Part shown: positions 41,611 through 51,702 of the stretch, in pieces | How the letters are laid out: each line of letters opens with the position of its first letter | Position numbering within the stretch: the stretch's first letter is position 1 | NCBI GenBank assembly: GCA_963695875.1 | Contig: CAVOID010000010.1 | Coordinates: 1-64,000, forward strand | DNA from: an uncultured delta proteobacterium | GTDB taxonomy: Bacteria > Desulfobacterota > Syntrophia > Syntrophales > UBA2185 | Direction of reading: 5' to 3' | Length of the DNA: 64,000 nucleotides | Translations under genes and position numbers: made by a program | The notes under the pieces: generated by a model | What the model was told of the DNA's origin: nothing | The model's input: only the letters and a program-made list of their open reading frames with translations | Databases searched by the model: none

Positions 41611-42441
41611 ATGTATTCCAAAGGAAATTCCTTTCAAGATAATATGCCGCCAAAAACACTGTCAGAAATACTCGCAGAGAATGAAGCTTTATCAACCCTC
41701 CTGAAAGTAAAAGACAGCATGAAGGAGGTAGCGATTATTGCTCTGACGAGCAATCTTTCCCCCCACGATAAAGAAACAATCAATAACTTGCGGCATCTCA
41801 TAATCGATCTGGATGATGACCTGATAAAGAAGATTGCCGAGCTGCATGATGAAAATATCCAATTGAAATCCCTCGCATTGATTGACAGCCTGACCGGTCT
41901 TTTTAACAGCCGCTTTTTTTTAAAAAATCTCGAAACTGAAATGGCCAGAACAAAACGCACGGGGCTTTCATGTTCCCTGATGATAATTGACCTCGATAAT
42001 TTTAAGTTGCTTAATGACACCCTCGGTCACGTCGAAGGGGATAAATTTCTTCGTGAGGTTGGAGAAGTCTTGCGCGGGAATGTAAGATCAACAGATATGG
42101 TATGCCGGTACGGTGGTGATGAATTCACAGTTATAATGCCGGCTACGGAACTTTATCCTGCAATCAGGATTGCAAACCGTTTGAAAGACGCTATAACAAA
42201 AATTCCCACACCTAAAGGGATTGTCATTTCTTCAAGCATAGGCATCGCCGAATACAAGTCATCATCTTTATATAGAATTGATGAATTCATTCATGCCGCC
42301 GACTCGGCCATGTACGATGCAAAGAAGAATGGTAAAAATAAGGTGTCTGTCAGCATCGAGCCGGAGGGTGTAAGAGCTCAGCTGGAAGCCGTAACAATTG
42401 AAGAAAAAGAAGCCTTATCCAAGGGACTCAAAAAAAAATAA
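41611..42441 (+). CDS. Diguanylate cyclase (GGDEF)
   Basis: DSLTGL, DLDNFK..ND..GH..GD, RYGGDEF. Confidence 0.92.
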   Translation: MYSKGNSFQDNMPPKTLSEILAENEALSTLLKVKDSMKEVAIIALTSNLSPHDKETINNLRHLIIDLDDDLIKKIAELHDENIQLKSLALIDSLTGLFNSRFFLKNLETEMARTKRTGLSCSLMIIDLDNFKLLNDTLGHVEGDKFLREVGEVLRGNVRSTDMVCRYGGDEFTVIMPATELYPAIRIANRLKDAITKIPTPKGIVISSSIGIAEYKSSSLYRIDEFIHAADSAMYDAKKNGKNKVSVSIEPEGVRAQLEAVTIEEKEALSKGLKKK

Positions 42442-42460
42442 GAACAAGGAGATAACGCCG

Positions 42461-43219
42461 TTGTCTAAACCTTCATTAATAGCATCTATTTCAAGCGGTA
42501 AAGGCGGTGTGGGAAAAACATTTATTGCTGTAAACCTGGCCGCCTGTTTGGCACGTAAAAGAAAAAAAACGCTCGTTGTGGACTGTGACCTGGGATTGTC
42601 CAACATAGATATAATGCTGGGAATCAACCCGAAGCTCACCTTAAAAGATGTTATCTTCGGAGATGCAAATGTCAAAGATGTGCTTATCACAACAAAAGGT
42701 GGCTTCGATTTTATACCGGCGAGTTCAGGCGCGAAGGAGATGGCCCAGTTGCTCTATGAAAGCATCGAAACAATCAAAAACGCTATTACCAATATTGCTG
42801 AGGGTTATGATTATGTGCTTCTTGATATAGGCGCGGGGATATCGGAAACGGTGCTTCAGTTTAACCTCTTTGCCTCAAGAAATATCATTGTTCTTAATAG
42901 AGAACTGACCAGCCTTACGGATGCCTATGCTATGATTAAAGTCATATATCAGATGTTCGGCCGCGATTCCTTCGACATAATAGTTAACTCTGCCAGGGAT
43001 GAAGAGGAAGCTAAAAGGATATTCAATCATATAGATGGTATATGCAGGAAGTTTCTGGGGTTCCCGCTTCATTTCCTGGGGCATATTGTCTATGATGATT
43101 CTGTTCAACAATCAATTATGAAACAGAAACTTCTCATGCAACTGTTTCCTGGATCAGTGCCGGCAGGCAATTGCATTCATATCGCCGATGTTATGACTCG
43201 TTGGCAAACATCAAGTTGA
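42461..43219 (+). CDS. MinD/FlhG(FleN)-like ATPase
   Basis: SGKGGVGKT, DCDLGLSN, DIGAGI, TDAYA; TTG start after AAGGAG. Confidence 0.88.
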   Translation: MSKPSLIASISSGKGGVGKTFIAVNLAACLARKRKKTLVVDCDLGLSNIDIMLGINPKLTLKDVIFGDANVKDVLITTKGGFDFIPASSGAKEMAQLLYESIETIKNAITNIAEGYDYVLLDIGAGISETVLQFNLFASRNIIVLNRELTSLTDAYAMIKVIYQMFGRDSFDIIVNSARDEEEAKRIFNHIDGICRKFLGFPLHFLGHIVYDDSVQQSIMKQKLLMQLFPGSVPAGNCIHIADVMTRWQTSS

Positions 43220-43356
43220 TTATGATACAGAGATTGCCGCGCTCACTTCGATCGCCGGCAATGACAAATGATGATTACAACATAATCTCGAAAGCATGGA
43301 TCAAAGGTGATATGATTATTGCAACCAGATCAATAATAAAGGAGTAAGTAATATCT

Positions 43357-44229
43357 ATGGAACAACCGTTGGATTTAGCAAAATGGCTGGAGATAGTTAT
43401 CCACGACTTTATAAGCCATTCTCCGAAAAATACCCTTAGGAATACAGCCAATGAAAAGGCCTGGGATGACCCACTGGTTGGTTTCTCCAGAGGAGACGAC
43501 CCTCTATATGAAGCCTATAAGGAATACGTAGGGCCATTTCACTGGACGCCATGGGAGATATTTACACAAACTTTCCTGGAGATCAAGCCGGCGCCGGAGG
43601 ATCTCACCGTTATAAGCTGGATTCTCCCCCAGACCAAAGCGACTAAAACCGAGAACCGGAAGCAGAAAACCTACCCGGCGGAGCGTTGGGCCAGGGCCCG
43701 TCTTTACGGCGAAGAGACAAATAATGAACTTCGGAGCCATGTTGTTGCTGTCCTTACAGGCAGGGGATACAAAGCCGTTGCACCCGTGCTTTCACCTCTA
43801 TGGTCACAGAAGAAATCAGATTTGTATGGCTTCGCCTCCACCTGGTCTGAAAGGCATGTGGCTTACGCATCGGGATTGGGCACCTTTGGCCTCTGTGACG
43901 GTTTAATTACACCGCGCGGGAAGGCTATGCGCACGGGTTCTGTCGTAGCGAACATCCAGATTCCTGCAACCCTCCGACCTTACGGTGATCACCATGCATA
44001 TTGCCTCTTCTATGCAGACGGTACCTGCAAGAAATGTATATCCCGCTGCCCTGCTGGAGCTATCAGTGAGGCGGGTCATGACAAGGTGAAATGCTACAGC
44101 TATGCATACGGAGGTGCATTAAAACATATAAAGTCCCATTATGGATTTGAAGTCGGGGCCTGCGGCCTATGCCAGACGAAGGTCCCCTGTGAGTCCGGGA
44201 TTCCTGTAAAATCATCGGGACAGAAGTAA
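43357..44229 (+). CDS. Epoxyqueuosine-reductase-like 4Fe-4S protein
   Basis: WSERHVAYASGLGTFG, CKKCISRCP, CGLCQTKVPC. Confidence 0.8.
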   Translation: MEQPLDLAKWLEIVIHDFISHSPKNTLRNTANEKAWDDPLVGFSRGDDPLYEAYKEYVGPFHWTPWEIFTQTFLEIKPAPEDLTVISWILPQTKATKTENRKQKTYPAERWARARLYGEETNNELRSHVVAVLTGRGYKAVAPVLSPLWSQKKSDLYGFASTWSERHVAYASGLGTFGLCDGLITPRGKAMRTGSVVANIQIPATLRPYGDHHAYCLFYADGTCKKCISRCPAGAISEAGHDKVKCYSYAYGGALKHIKSHYGFEVGACGLCQTKVPCESGIPVKSSGQK

Positions 44230-44350
44230 CCCGAATACTCACACCTTTTAAGTATTAAATATTCTTCTTGCCTTTTTCAGCCTTTATTATAATTATACCC
44301 GGTCTTAACGGAAGAAAACTTCCGCAGGCAGAGCAGAAAGGAGTATTATC

Positions 44351-44641
44351 ATGATCAAGCATATCGTTTTCATGAAATTCAAGAAAGGTATCACAGACAA
44401 GGATATTGTCGAGTTGGAGAAACTTATGGCGGGGCTTCCCGGAAGGATCCCGGAGATCAAGGAGTACCAGTTCGGCCGCGACATCGTGCGATCCGAAAGG
44501 TCCTACGATTTCGCCCTGGTTTCCGCTTTTGAGGACCTGGATGCCCTGAAGCGTTATCAACCGCATCCGGATCACCAGCCCGTTCTGGCGAAGGTGAAAG
44601 AAATGTCCGAAACTATTCTGGCGGTGGACTTTAAGTTATAA
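44351..44641 (+). CDS. Dabb family (stress-responsive A/B barrel) protein
   Basis: MIKHIVFMKFK..YQPHPDH..VDF. Confidence 0.9.
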   Translation: MIKHIVFMKFKKGITDKDIVELEKLMAGLPGRIPEIKEYQFGRDIVRSERSYDFALVSAFEDLDALKRYQPHPDHQPVLAKVKEMSETILAVDFKL

Positions 44642-44765
44642 ACACTTTTTCCAATGTGTAATTCGGGAATGATTTTTGTCACTGATAAATTATAAGATTG
44701 CCACGTCGCTTCCCTCCTCGCAATGACATCAGTGGTTGATTTTTTCTAAGGGCTTGCGTCAGGTT

Positions 44766-45674
44766 TTAGGGCAGTGATGGTTTCAGGTGGGATACAGTGG
44801 CGGGGAATGTCTGCCCCATGTAATGTTCAAACCTCAGGCTCGCTTCGATGAGCATATCGAGGTTGATTCCGGTTTTCACACCTGTCTCATGGAGCATATT
44901 GACGGTGTCTTCCGTGGCGATGTTTCCCCTGGCTCCGACAATGAAAGGACATCCCCCCAGTCCTCCCAGAGACGTATCGAAAATGGAAACCCCCTCGTTT
45001 ACGGCCGCCCAGACATTGGCAAGGCCCAGGCCGCGTGTATTGTGAAGATGGAGTGAAATAGGCACTGCCCCTACAATGTCCCGCAAGCGATTTACCAGCT
45101 TCTTTACCTGCACAGGATTGGCCACGCCGGATGTGTCGGCGAGGCATATCTCATCCGGTTCTCTATTAATGAAATCTTTCACAAGTTTGATTACCTTGCC
45201 AGCGGTGACTTTCCCTTCATATGCACAGCCGAAGGCGTTCATCACACCTGCCCTCACTTCCATGCCCGCGCCATGCGCCATGTCGATCAATCGCCGGGCT
45301 TCCGTCAAAGCCTGAGTAATGGACATGTTGCTGTTTTTCCAGCTGTGCGTTTCACTTGCGGACACGTAAATGCCCACGTGCGGTACCTTGCACTGTTTCG
45401 CGCGCTCCAAGCCCTTCTCACTCAATAACAGAGCCGCATACACAACCCCTTTTTTACGACTTATCGTATTCCAGAGTTCTTCAGCATCTGCCATCTGCGG
45501 AACCAGACGGGGATTAACGAAGGATGACACCTCGATGCGCCGGACACCGCAATCGATCAGGTCGTTAATGAGCTTCACTTTCTGCTCGGTGGAGACAATT
45601 TTTTTTTCACTCTGGATGCCGTCCCTCAGGACGACCTCGTGAATGTCGATTTTTCGCGGCAGGCCGTGTTGCAT
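44766..45674 (-). CDS. liuE: Hydroxymethylglutaryl-CoA lyase (canonical)
   Basis: RDGIQ, ADTSG, HLHNTRG, GGLGGCPF, GNIATED. Confidence 0.88.
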   Translation of the reverse strand: MQHGLPRKIDIHEVVLRDGIQSEKKIVSTEQKVKLINDLIDCGVRRIEVSSFVNPRLVPQMADAEELWNTISRKKGVVYAALLLSEKGLERAKQCKVPHVGIYVSASETHSWKNSNMSITQALTEARRLIDMAHGAGMEVRAGVMNAFGCAYEGKVTAGKVIKLVKDFINREPDEICLADTSGVANPVQVKKLVNRLRDIVGAVPISLHLHNTRGLGLANVWAAVNEGVSIFDTSLGGLGGCPFIVGARGNIATEDTVNMLHETGVKTGINLDMLIEASLRFEHYMGQTFPATVSHLKPSLP

Positions 45675-45813
45675 AATTGGAATACCTGATTACTGGAGTA
45701 GTTTTTTTGTATCATGAGGGCTTTGAATTTGAAATAGTATTTTTTTGTCAGGAAGGTATCAAAAAAAATAAAGGGGGAGAAAAAATTCTCTCCCTGCTTC
45801 TAACTTCAGGTCT

Positions 45814-47001
45814 TTATTTCTTCCAGGCCATAGGACCCCATTTTTCAGGCAGTATTGCCTGTGGGGACCACTCGGGAGGCACCAGCTGGCCGGGTTTTTC
45901 GCCCAGTTTCTGGATGAGTTTGGAAAGACCGGGACGGGCGTGTTCCGGATGCCCTTCTTTCAATGTCCGGCCGTTAATGACGGCTTCGGAACGGAGTCTC
46001 CGTCCGATCGTCTTTTCCATCTTCGCCCCGAGCCACAGGACACGGTCTACATCGTACCCGTGCTCGATACCCAGTTCGTCAATCATCACCAGAAGATCCT
46101 CCAGGGTAATGAGACCCACATACCTCGGATCGTAATAGTATTCGCCCGTTCCTCTTACGGGACAGTCATCGAGGAAATTGGCAGGCTGTCCACCCAGACC
46201 GCCCAGGGTTCCCTCGAAGCGGCTGATACCGGCATGAAGGGCCGCCAGGATCGAGGCGGAAGCAACACGCTTCGTCTCATGGAGATGGCAGAGATGGGCT
46301 TCGGGATTGGGCATGGCATCCAGCACCATGGAGAAATAGCGGTAGACCTGGGCTGCGGAGGCGGAGCCGTCATGGTCGGCATGCTCGATGTCATGGGCGC
46401 CGATAGAGAAAAAGCGTTTCGTGAATTCCACGGCATCCTTGAGCTCCGTTGCGCCGGTGATGGGGCTTCCCCAGATGGTGCTCACGGTGCCGCACATCTT
46501 CATGCCGACGTCGGCGGCTTTCTTGATGCAGCGTTCAGCCTCTTTCCAGTATTGGGTCAGCGTCGTGCCGGAGTTGGCAAAATGGTGCTCCGGATCGGTG
46601 GAGACCATCATCAGGACCCGATCCGGACCGATTCCCCTTTTCCTGAGCTCGATCGCGACATCAACGGCGGGTTCGCGGATCGTCACAGCAGTCATGACGA
46701 GCTCATCATATTTTACTCCCGCCCTCTCGCAGCGCTTTTTGAAAGCATCACTCCTGAGAGCGGTAAGCACCTGTTCGGCATCCTTGAACTGGGGAATGCC
46801 TGCCGGGTTTCCCAGGTTCGTTACCTCGATCTCTTTCGCCCCCGCCAGGATCATCTCCTGGGCGTAGAAGATTTTGGCGTTCGTAGATATAAATTTTTCT
46901 TCATGCTGAAAACCATCGCGCACGGTTATGTCACCGATGGTTACCTTCTTTGGCATTCTGGGGAAAATTTTCCAGTAATCGTACTCCGTCATAAAAATCA
47001 T
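45814..47001 (-). CDS. Divergent HMG-CoA-lyase-like DRE-TIM metallolyase
   Basis: RDGFQ, HADHDG, HLHETK, GGLGGQP. Confidence 0.8.
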   Translation of the reverse strand: MIFMTEYDYWKIFPRMPKKVTIGDITVRDGFQHEEKFISTNAKIFYAQEMILAGAKEIEVTNLGNPAGIPQFKDAEQVLTALRSDAFKKRCERAGVKYDELVMTAVTIREPAVDVAIELRKRGIGPDRVLMMVSTDPEHHFANSGTTLTQYWKEAERCIKKAADVGMKMCGTVSTIWGSPITGATELKDAVEFTKRFFSIGAHDIEHADHDGSASAAQVYRYFSMVLDAMPNPEAHLCHLHETKRVASASILAALHAGISRFEGTLGGLGGQPANFLDDCPVRGTGEYYYDPRYVGLITLEDLLVMIDELGIEHGYDVDRVLWLGAKMEKTIGRRLRSEAVINGRTLKEGHPEHARPGLSKLIQKLGEKPGQLVPPEWSPQAILPEKWGPMAWKK

Positions 47002-47047
47002 GACCTCCTCATTTTTTTGAATTCAACTCACTTTAAAGGAAGGAATG

Positions 47048-47848
47048 TCACTCCCCCTTAAATACTGGTTTTCGTTTCTCCACAAAGGCCGCAAGTGCTT
47101 CCAGCCGGTCCTTTGTCGGGATGGTGGCCTCATACGCCTTGGACTCAAGCGGCAGAGCCACGCCGAGGCTTGCTTCGGAGCCATAATTAATGGCAAATTT
47201 AGCCTGGGCCACGCCGATGGGACCGTTCTTGGCGATCTCCCTGGCCAGTTCCAGTGCGGCCTCAATCAGCTTGTCCGGTTCGACGACCTTGCTTACCAGA
47301 CCAATCTTTAGAGCCGTCTCGGCATCTATTCTTCTTGCCGTGAAGATCAGCTCCTTAGCCTTGGCCACACCGATGATCCTGGGCAGCCTCTGCGTTCCAC
47401 CGGCACCCGGGATTATCGCCAGGCTGGTTTCCGTGAGTCCCATCACTACATTCGATGAAGCGATCCTGAGATCACAAGCAAGGGACAGCTCAGTACCACC
47501 ACCAAAGGCAAAGCCGTTGATAGCCGCGATAACCGGAACACGTACCTGCTCTACGGCGGTGAATGTGTTTCGGATTGTGAAGATGAAGCGACGCACCTGG
47601 TCCTCTGAAAGTGTCCTTCTTTCCTTCAAATCCGCACCTGTCGAGAAAGACCACTTCTTGGGATCGTCGCCGGATCTGGCGCCGGTGATGATGATGCACC
47701 GCAGACCCATATCAAAATTGGCTTCACGGACTGTTTCACCCAGTGCAGCCAGCAGATCAAAGTTGAAGCAGTTCATCGCTTCCGGACGATTCAGCGTGAG
47801 AATCAGGATGCCTTCATCAGTTCTTTCTTTCAGCAGCATATCTGCCAT
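47048..47848 (-). CDS. liuC: Enoyl-CoA hydratase, probable 3-methylglutaconyl-CoA hydratase
   Basis: GADLKER, GGGTELSLACD, TETSLAIIPGAGGTQRLPR; operon context. Confidence 0.82.
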   Translation of the reverse strand: MADMLLKERTDEGILILTLNRPEAMNCFNFDLLAALGETVREANFDMGLRCIIITGARSGDDPKKWSFSTGADLKERRTLSEDQVRRFIFTIRNTFTAVEQVRVPVIAAINGFAFGGGTELSLACDLRIASSNVVMGLTETSLAIIPGAGGTQRLPRIIGVAKAKELIFTARRIDAETALKIGLVSKVVEPDKLIEAALELAREIAKNGPIGVAQAKFAINYGSEASLGVALPLESKAYEATIPTKDRLEALAAFVEKRKPVFKGE

Positions 47849-48094
47849 AGGTATTTTCCTCCTTACGCTCTTCGTGCCTTCCGGACTTGATAGAACGCAT
47901 AAGATTCCTCGTCGCGTTGCTTCTCGGAATGACACAAGATGCGAATTATTAGCTGCACTTCCTCCCGCAGACTGCGGCGTCCGTCTATATCCGCCGCAGT
48001 TCTGGGAACCGGGAGCGCTTCCTTGGCCCCATCTTCAGGAGGGACGAAGGGTGCAGTCGTTTAAATGTCTCTTCTCAAGGAAGTACCATCAGGA

Positions 48095-49726
48095 CTAAAC
48101 TTTCAGGTCGCCCCAATCAGACTTCTCTATGGGTACTCGGTAGCAAAGTTCCAATGACCTGGCCAGCTTTTCCCGCGCTTCGCTGTAAGGTGATGACACC
48201 GTCATGGAACAAGAGCGACCCGGTCAGGAAGGGATGCCCTTCGGCATCGTAACGGTCTATCATCATCTGGCGGAAATTAGCCATTTCTTCCTCATTAACC
48301 GTTTGTCCTTTGTCGACGATATTCTTCCTGCGGACGCTCTCCACGATGAATCCCGCTGTCCTGCCGGACATAACCGTCGTGCGGCCTCTCATATTGGTAA
48401 AGCAGAATACGGGTCTGAACGCCCTTCCGCACATGCCATAGTTGGCGGCCCCGTGGTCGGGACCGATGACGTACTGAATTTTGGGAACGTTCAGCACGCT
48501 GCACGTACGGACCATGTCGGATCCGTATTTTCCGATTCCGCCCCATTCCTCGGATTTTCCGACCATGTAGCCCGGAGATCCCTGGAAAAAGATAACCGGG
48601 AGCTTTGAGTTGCCGCAACGGATCATCCATTCCGTTGCCTTTCTTGCCGCTTCAATATAGATAACGCCGTTCCCGCTGGATGCAATGACGCCTACAGGCA
48701 TACCCTTCAGCCACATCTTGCCGGCAACGATACTTTCACCACGGTTGAGACCGTACGTCGGCTTGTATTCATGGAAATAGCTGTCATCAGCAAGGCATTT
48801 GAGGGTTTCCTTGATGTTGAATTGCATTATAGGTATTGACGGGAGTGGAGCGCATCATTTCCTTGTAATCAAATTTTGGTTCAACGGATCTTTCTGCGGT
48901 CGCAGTAAAGGGTCTGGGCCGGTTCAAACTCGATGATGTCACGCAGCTTCTTGATCCCTTCCTCCTGGGATTTCACGAAATGGTCGCAACCGCCGGAGTG
49001 CTGGGTATGGACATAGGCGCCCCCCAGGTCTTCCATGGACACCGTCTCACCGATGGCTGATTTCACCATGGGAGGACCTGCCAGGAAGGCAAAGGCAAGC
49101 TTCTCTATCATGATGGATTCGGAAGCGAGATAAACGATGTATGCGCCGCCCGCCGTATTTCCGCCGGTGGAGAGGGTGTATTGCTTTATTCCCATGGCGG
49201 ACATGCGGCACATATTATAGAACATGCTCCCAAAGTGACCATCGTCGGCAAAACAACCCAACTGCAGCGGAAGGTTGATGCCACCGGAGTCGGCGATGTA
49301 TATGCAGGGCAACCGGAGGCGCTCGGCAATCGCCTGGGCCCTCATATGCTTCTTCAGCGTGATGGGGAAGTAGGTCCCTGCCGCATAGCGGTTCTCATTG
49401 GCAAAGATCATACAATCCTTTCCGTGAACGACACCGACGCCGGTAACCAGCCCGCCGCCGGGGATGTGCCCCCTTTTCTCCGATTCGTAGATCTCCCCTC
49501 CGTAAAGCTTTATCTGTCCTATGTTGTAGCCGGCATCCAGTCCAAGCTCAAAGAAATCCGTACCCGGATCGATTAACATCTTGATGAGCTCACGCATCGG
49601 TTTCTTGCCCTGCTTGGCAAGACGCTTTAGCTGTTCCTCTCCGCCGATGTTGTATGCCTCTTCACGGTGCTTCATGAGGATGGCATCCTGTTCTTCCCAA
49701 TGCTTTATGTTGTTATCCTCTTCCAT
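48095..49726 (-). CDS. liuB: Acyl-CoA carboxylase carboxyltransferase subunit, MccB/LiuB-like (frameshifts near 48830-48890 and 48180)
   Basis: GTYFPITLKKHMRAQ, DSGG, TAGGAY, FLAGPPMVK, GAANYGMCGRA. Confidence 0.8.
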
Positions 49727-49788
49727 AATAATCCTCCTCAACCCTTCCCGGATCGATTTTGACCAATTGCTTTAAATTCCTTGAAAAA

Positions 49789-50559
49789 CTACCTGCCGAT
49801 TACGTATCGATACGGGTCTATCTCCTCCCTCAGGATGGATAGCTCCTTCGCCGTCGGAGGTTTGTTCTCCACGATCTTCTTCGCCTTCAGAAGTTCAAAC
49901 CCGCAATTAGCCTGAACATCCTTCTCAGAGTAACCTGGGTTTACCGCTATAATCCGCATCCTCTTTGATTCCGGTTCAAAGTCCATCACCGCCATGTTTG
50001 TAATGATCTTGTATGGACCGGCCCCCCGCGGGAGTCCTGATTTCGCCCGCGAATCACCGCCCGTCAGCCAGCCAGGCGTCGTAATAAATTGACATTTCTC
50101 AGCAAATCTCTTGGAATCCTGGGGTGTCATGACGAGCATTCTCCAACAAAATGAAGCAAGGTCATTGGCACCACCACTCCCCGGGAATCGAACCTTCGGT
50201 TTCTGATGGTCAGGACCGATTCTCGTGGAATTCAAATTTCCGTACATATCGATCTGGGCACCACCGAGGAAGGTGTAATCGATCATTCCGCGACAGCATG
50301 TTTCCATAATTTCACACATGCCGCTCGCCATCAAGGCCTTCCAGGTCGTTCTGGAATCTCCCACGGATATGGGCATTTCAGGGATCAAGGGCGCCGCCCC
50401 GCCGGCCTCAAAAAGGATTACCAGGTTTGGTGAGTGGGCCTTCTGCGCAAGCATTGCTGCCGCATTGGGAGCTCCGGTTCCAACTACAATAGAAGCCCCG
50501 TCTTCTAACTCTCTTGCAGCGGTGCATATCATCAGTTCCATGGTATTATAATCAGCCAT
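49789..50559 (-). CDS. Family I CoA-transferase beta subunit (glutaconate CoA-transferase B-like)
   Basis: ILFEAG (catalytic Glu position), GAQIDMYGNLN, GSGGAND. Confidence 0.9.
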   Translation of the reverse strand: MADYNTMELMICTAARELEDGASIVVGTGAPNAAAMLAQKAHSPNLVILFEAGGAAPLIPEMPISVGDSRTTWKALMASGMCEIMETCCRGMIDYTFLGGAQIDMYGNLNSTRIGPDHQKPKVRFPGSGGANDLASFCWRMLVMTPQDSKRFAEKCQFITTPGWLTGGDSRAKSGLPRGAGPYKIITNMAVMDFEPESKRMRIIAVNPGYSEKDVQANCGFELLKAKKIVENKPPTAKELSILREEIDPYRYVIGR

Positions 50560-50576
50560 ACCGTATATCCTCCTCT

Positions 50577-51571
50577 CTAATCTCTCGCTTTGAGAAACAT
50601 GAATTCTTTTTCCCTGAGTTTCAGCAGCTTGTGCATGCCGCCGTTCTTCTCGATATATTCAAAGTGATCCTTGCAGCTGTAAATATTCTTTTCGAGGAAT
50701 TTTTTGAACTCGACCGGATCCTCTTCCACCTTCAGCCATTCTCTTATATGTTCCTCATCGGAGAAATATTCCGCATACATATTCCCGGGATAACTGCCGT
50801 AGGGGACCGCACATACGGCATCAACACACCAGTAAGGAATAACCGTATAGCTCGGATCTCTACGTATCTCCTCATTGGAAATCAGCCTTTCACAGGTAAT
50901 AATCAGACGCTTGGACGCCCTTGCCACATCAAAGTCGGAAACGGTGATGCCCCTTACCCGGCAATTGCCGTAGATATCCGACTCATGAACATGAATCGCC
51001 GACACATCCGGATAAAGGGCAGGCTGTGCGACATATTTCGTGCCCGTAAACGGGCATTCAATAATCTTTGCACCACTGAATTTGAAAGTATCCGTTCCCA
51101 TGAGATTTCTTGCCGGGTAGAAGGAAACGCCTGCAGCGGCGGCTTTGAAGCGGACCGACAGGGAGTAGTTTGTCCATTCAGTCACCTGGACCTTGCCGCT
51201 TTCCATGTAACGCCTCGCGTTGGGGGACAAACCCCGAGCCTCCAGACCGACAATGTAGGCGACATCACATTTGTTGAACACCTCACCCGCGCAAAGTATC
51301 TGGAAATCATGGGTGGATGTATGGCCCGCAAATCCCATATTCTTTCTTCCCTGCCTCACGATTTCATGCGCAACCGCTATCGGCACCCTGTTTGCCCCAA
51401 AACCGCCGAGTGTCAGATAATCGCCGTCATGAACAAACTTCTCCACGGCCTCTTTGACGGACATCACCTTGGATTCTAGTTTGCGGTTTTTCTGTGCGAA
51501 AGAATTCACGCGCCTTATCCGGATCAGGATCTGTAAATATTTTGCCACATACCCTGTTCAATTACTTCCAC
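50577..51571 (-). CDS. Family I CoA-transferase alpha subunit (GctA-like; frameshifts near the 5' end)
   Basis: GGFGANRVP, CPFTG, HVHESDIYGN, PYGSYP; GTG start after GGAGG. Confidence 0.88.
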
Positions 51572-51702
51572 TGGACTCTACCTCCTTTTTGAAGTAAACT
51601 ACCGACGACAACGTCAATGGTTTTGAAAGATTCGCGTTGACTCTGCTTCTTTTGCAACCCGCGAGTAAGCATCAAAAATTCTTAGCTTAGATTTATCTTA
51701 TT

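Noticed and set aside
49789..51571. CoA-transferase pair as an AibA/AibB-type 3-methylglutaconyl-CoA decarboxylase
   Set aside because: The beta subunit keeps the Glu (ILFEAG) at the catalytic position of true family I CoA-transferases, which AibB lacks.
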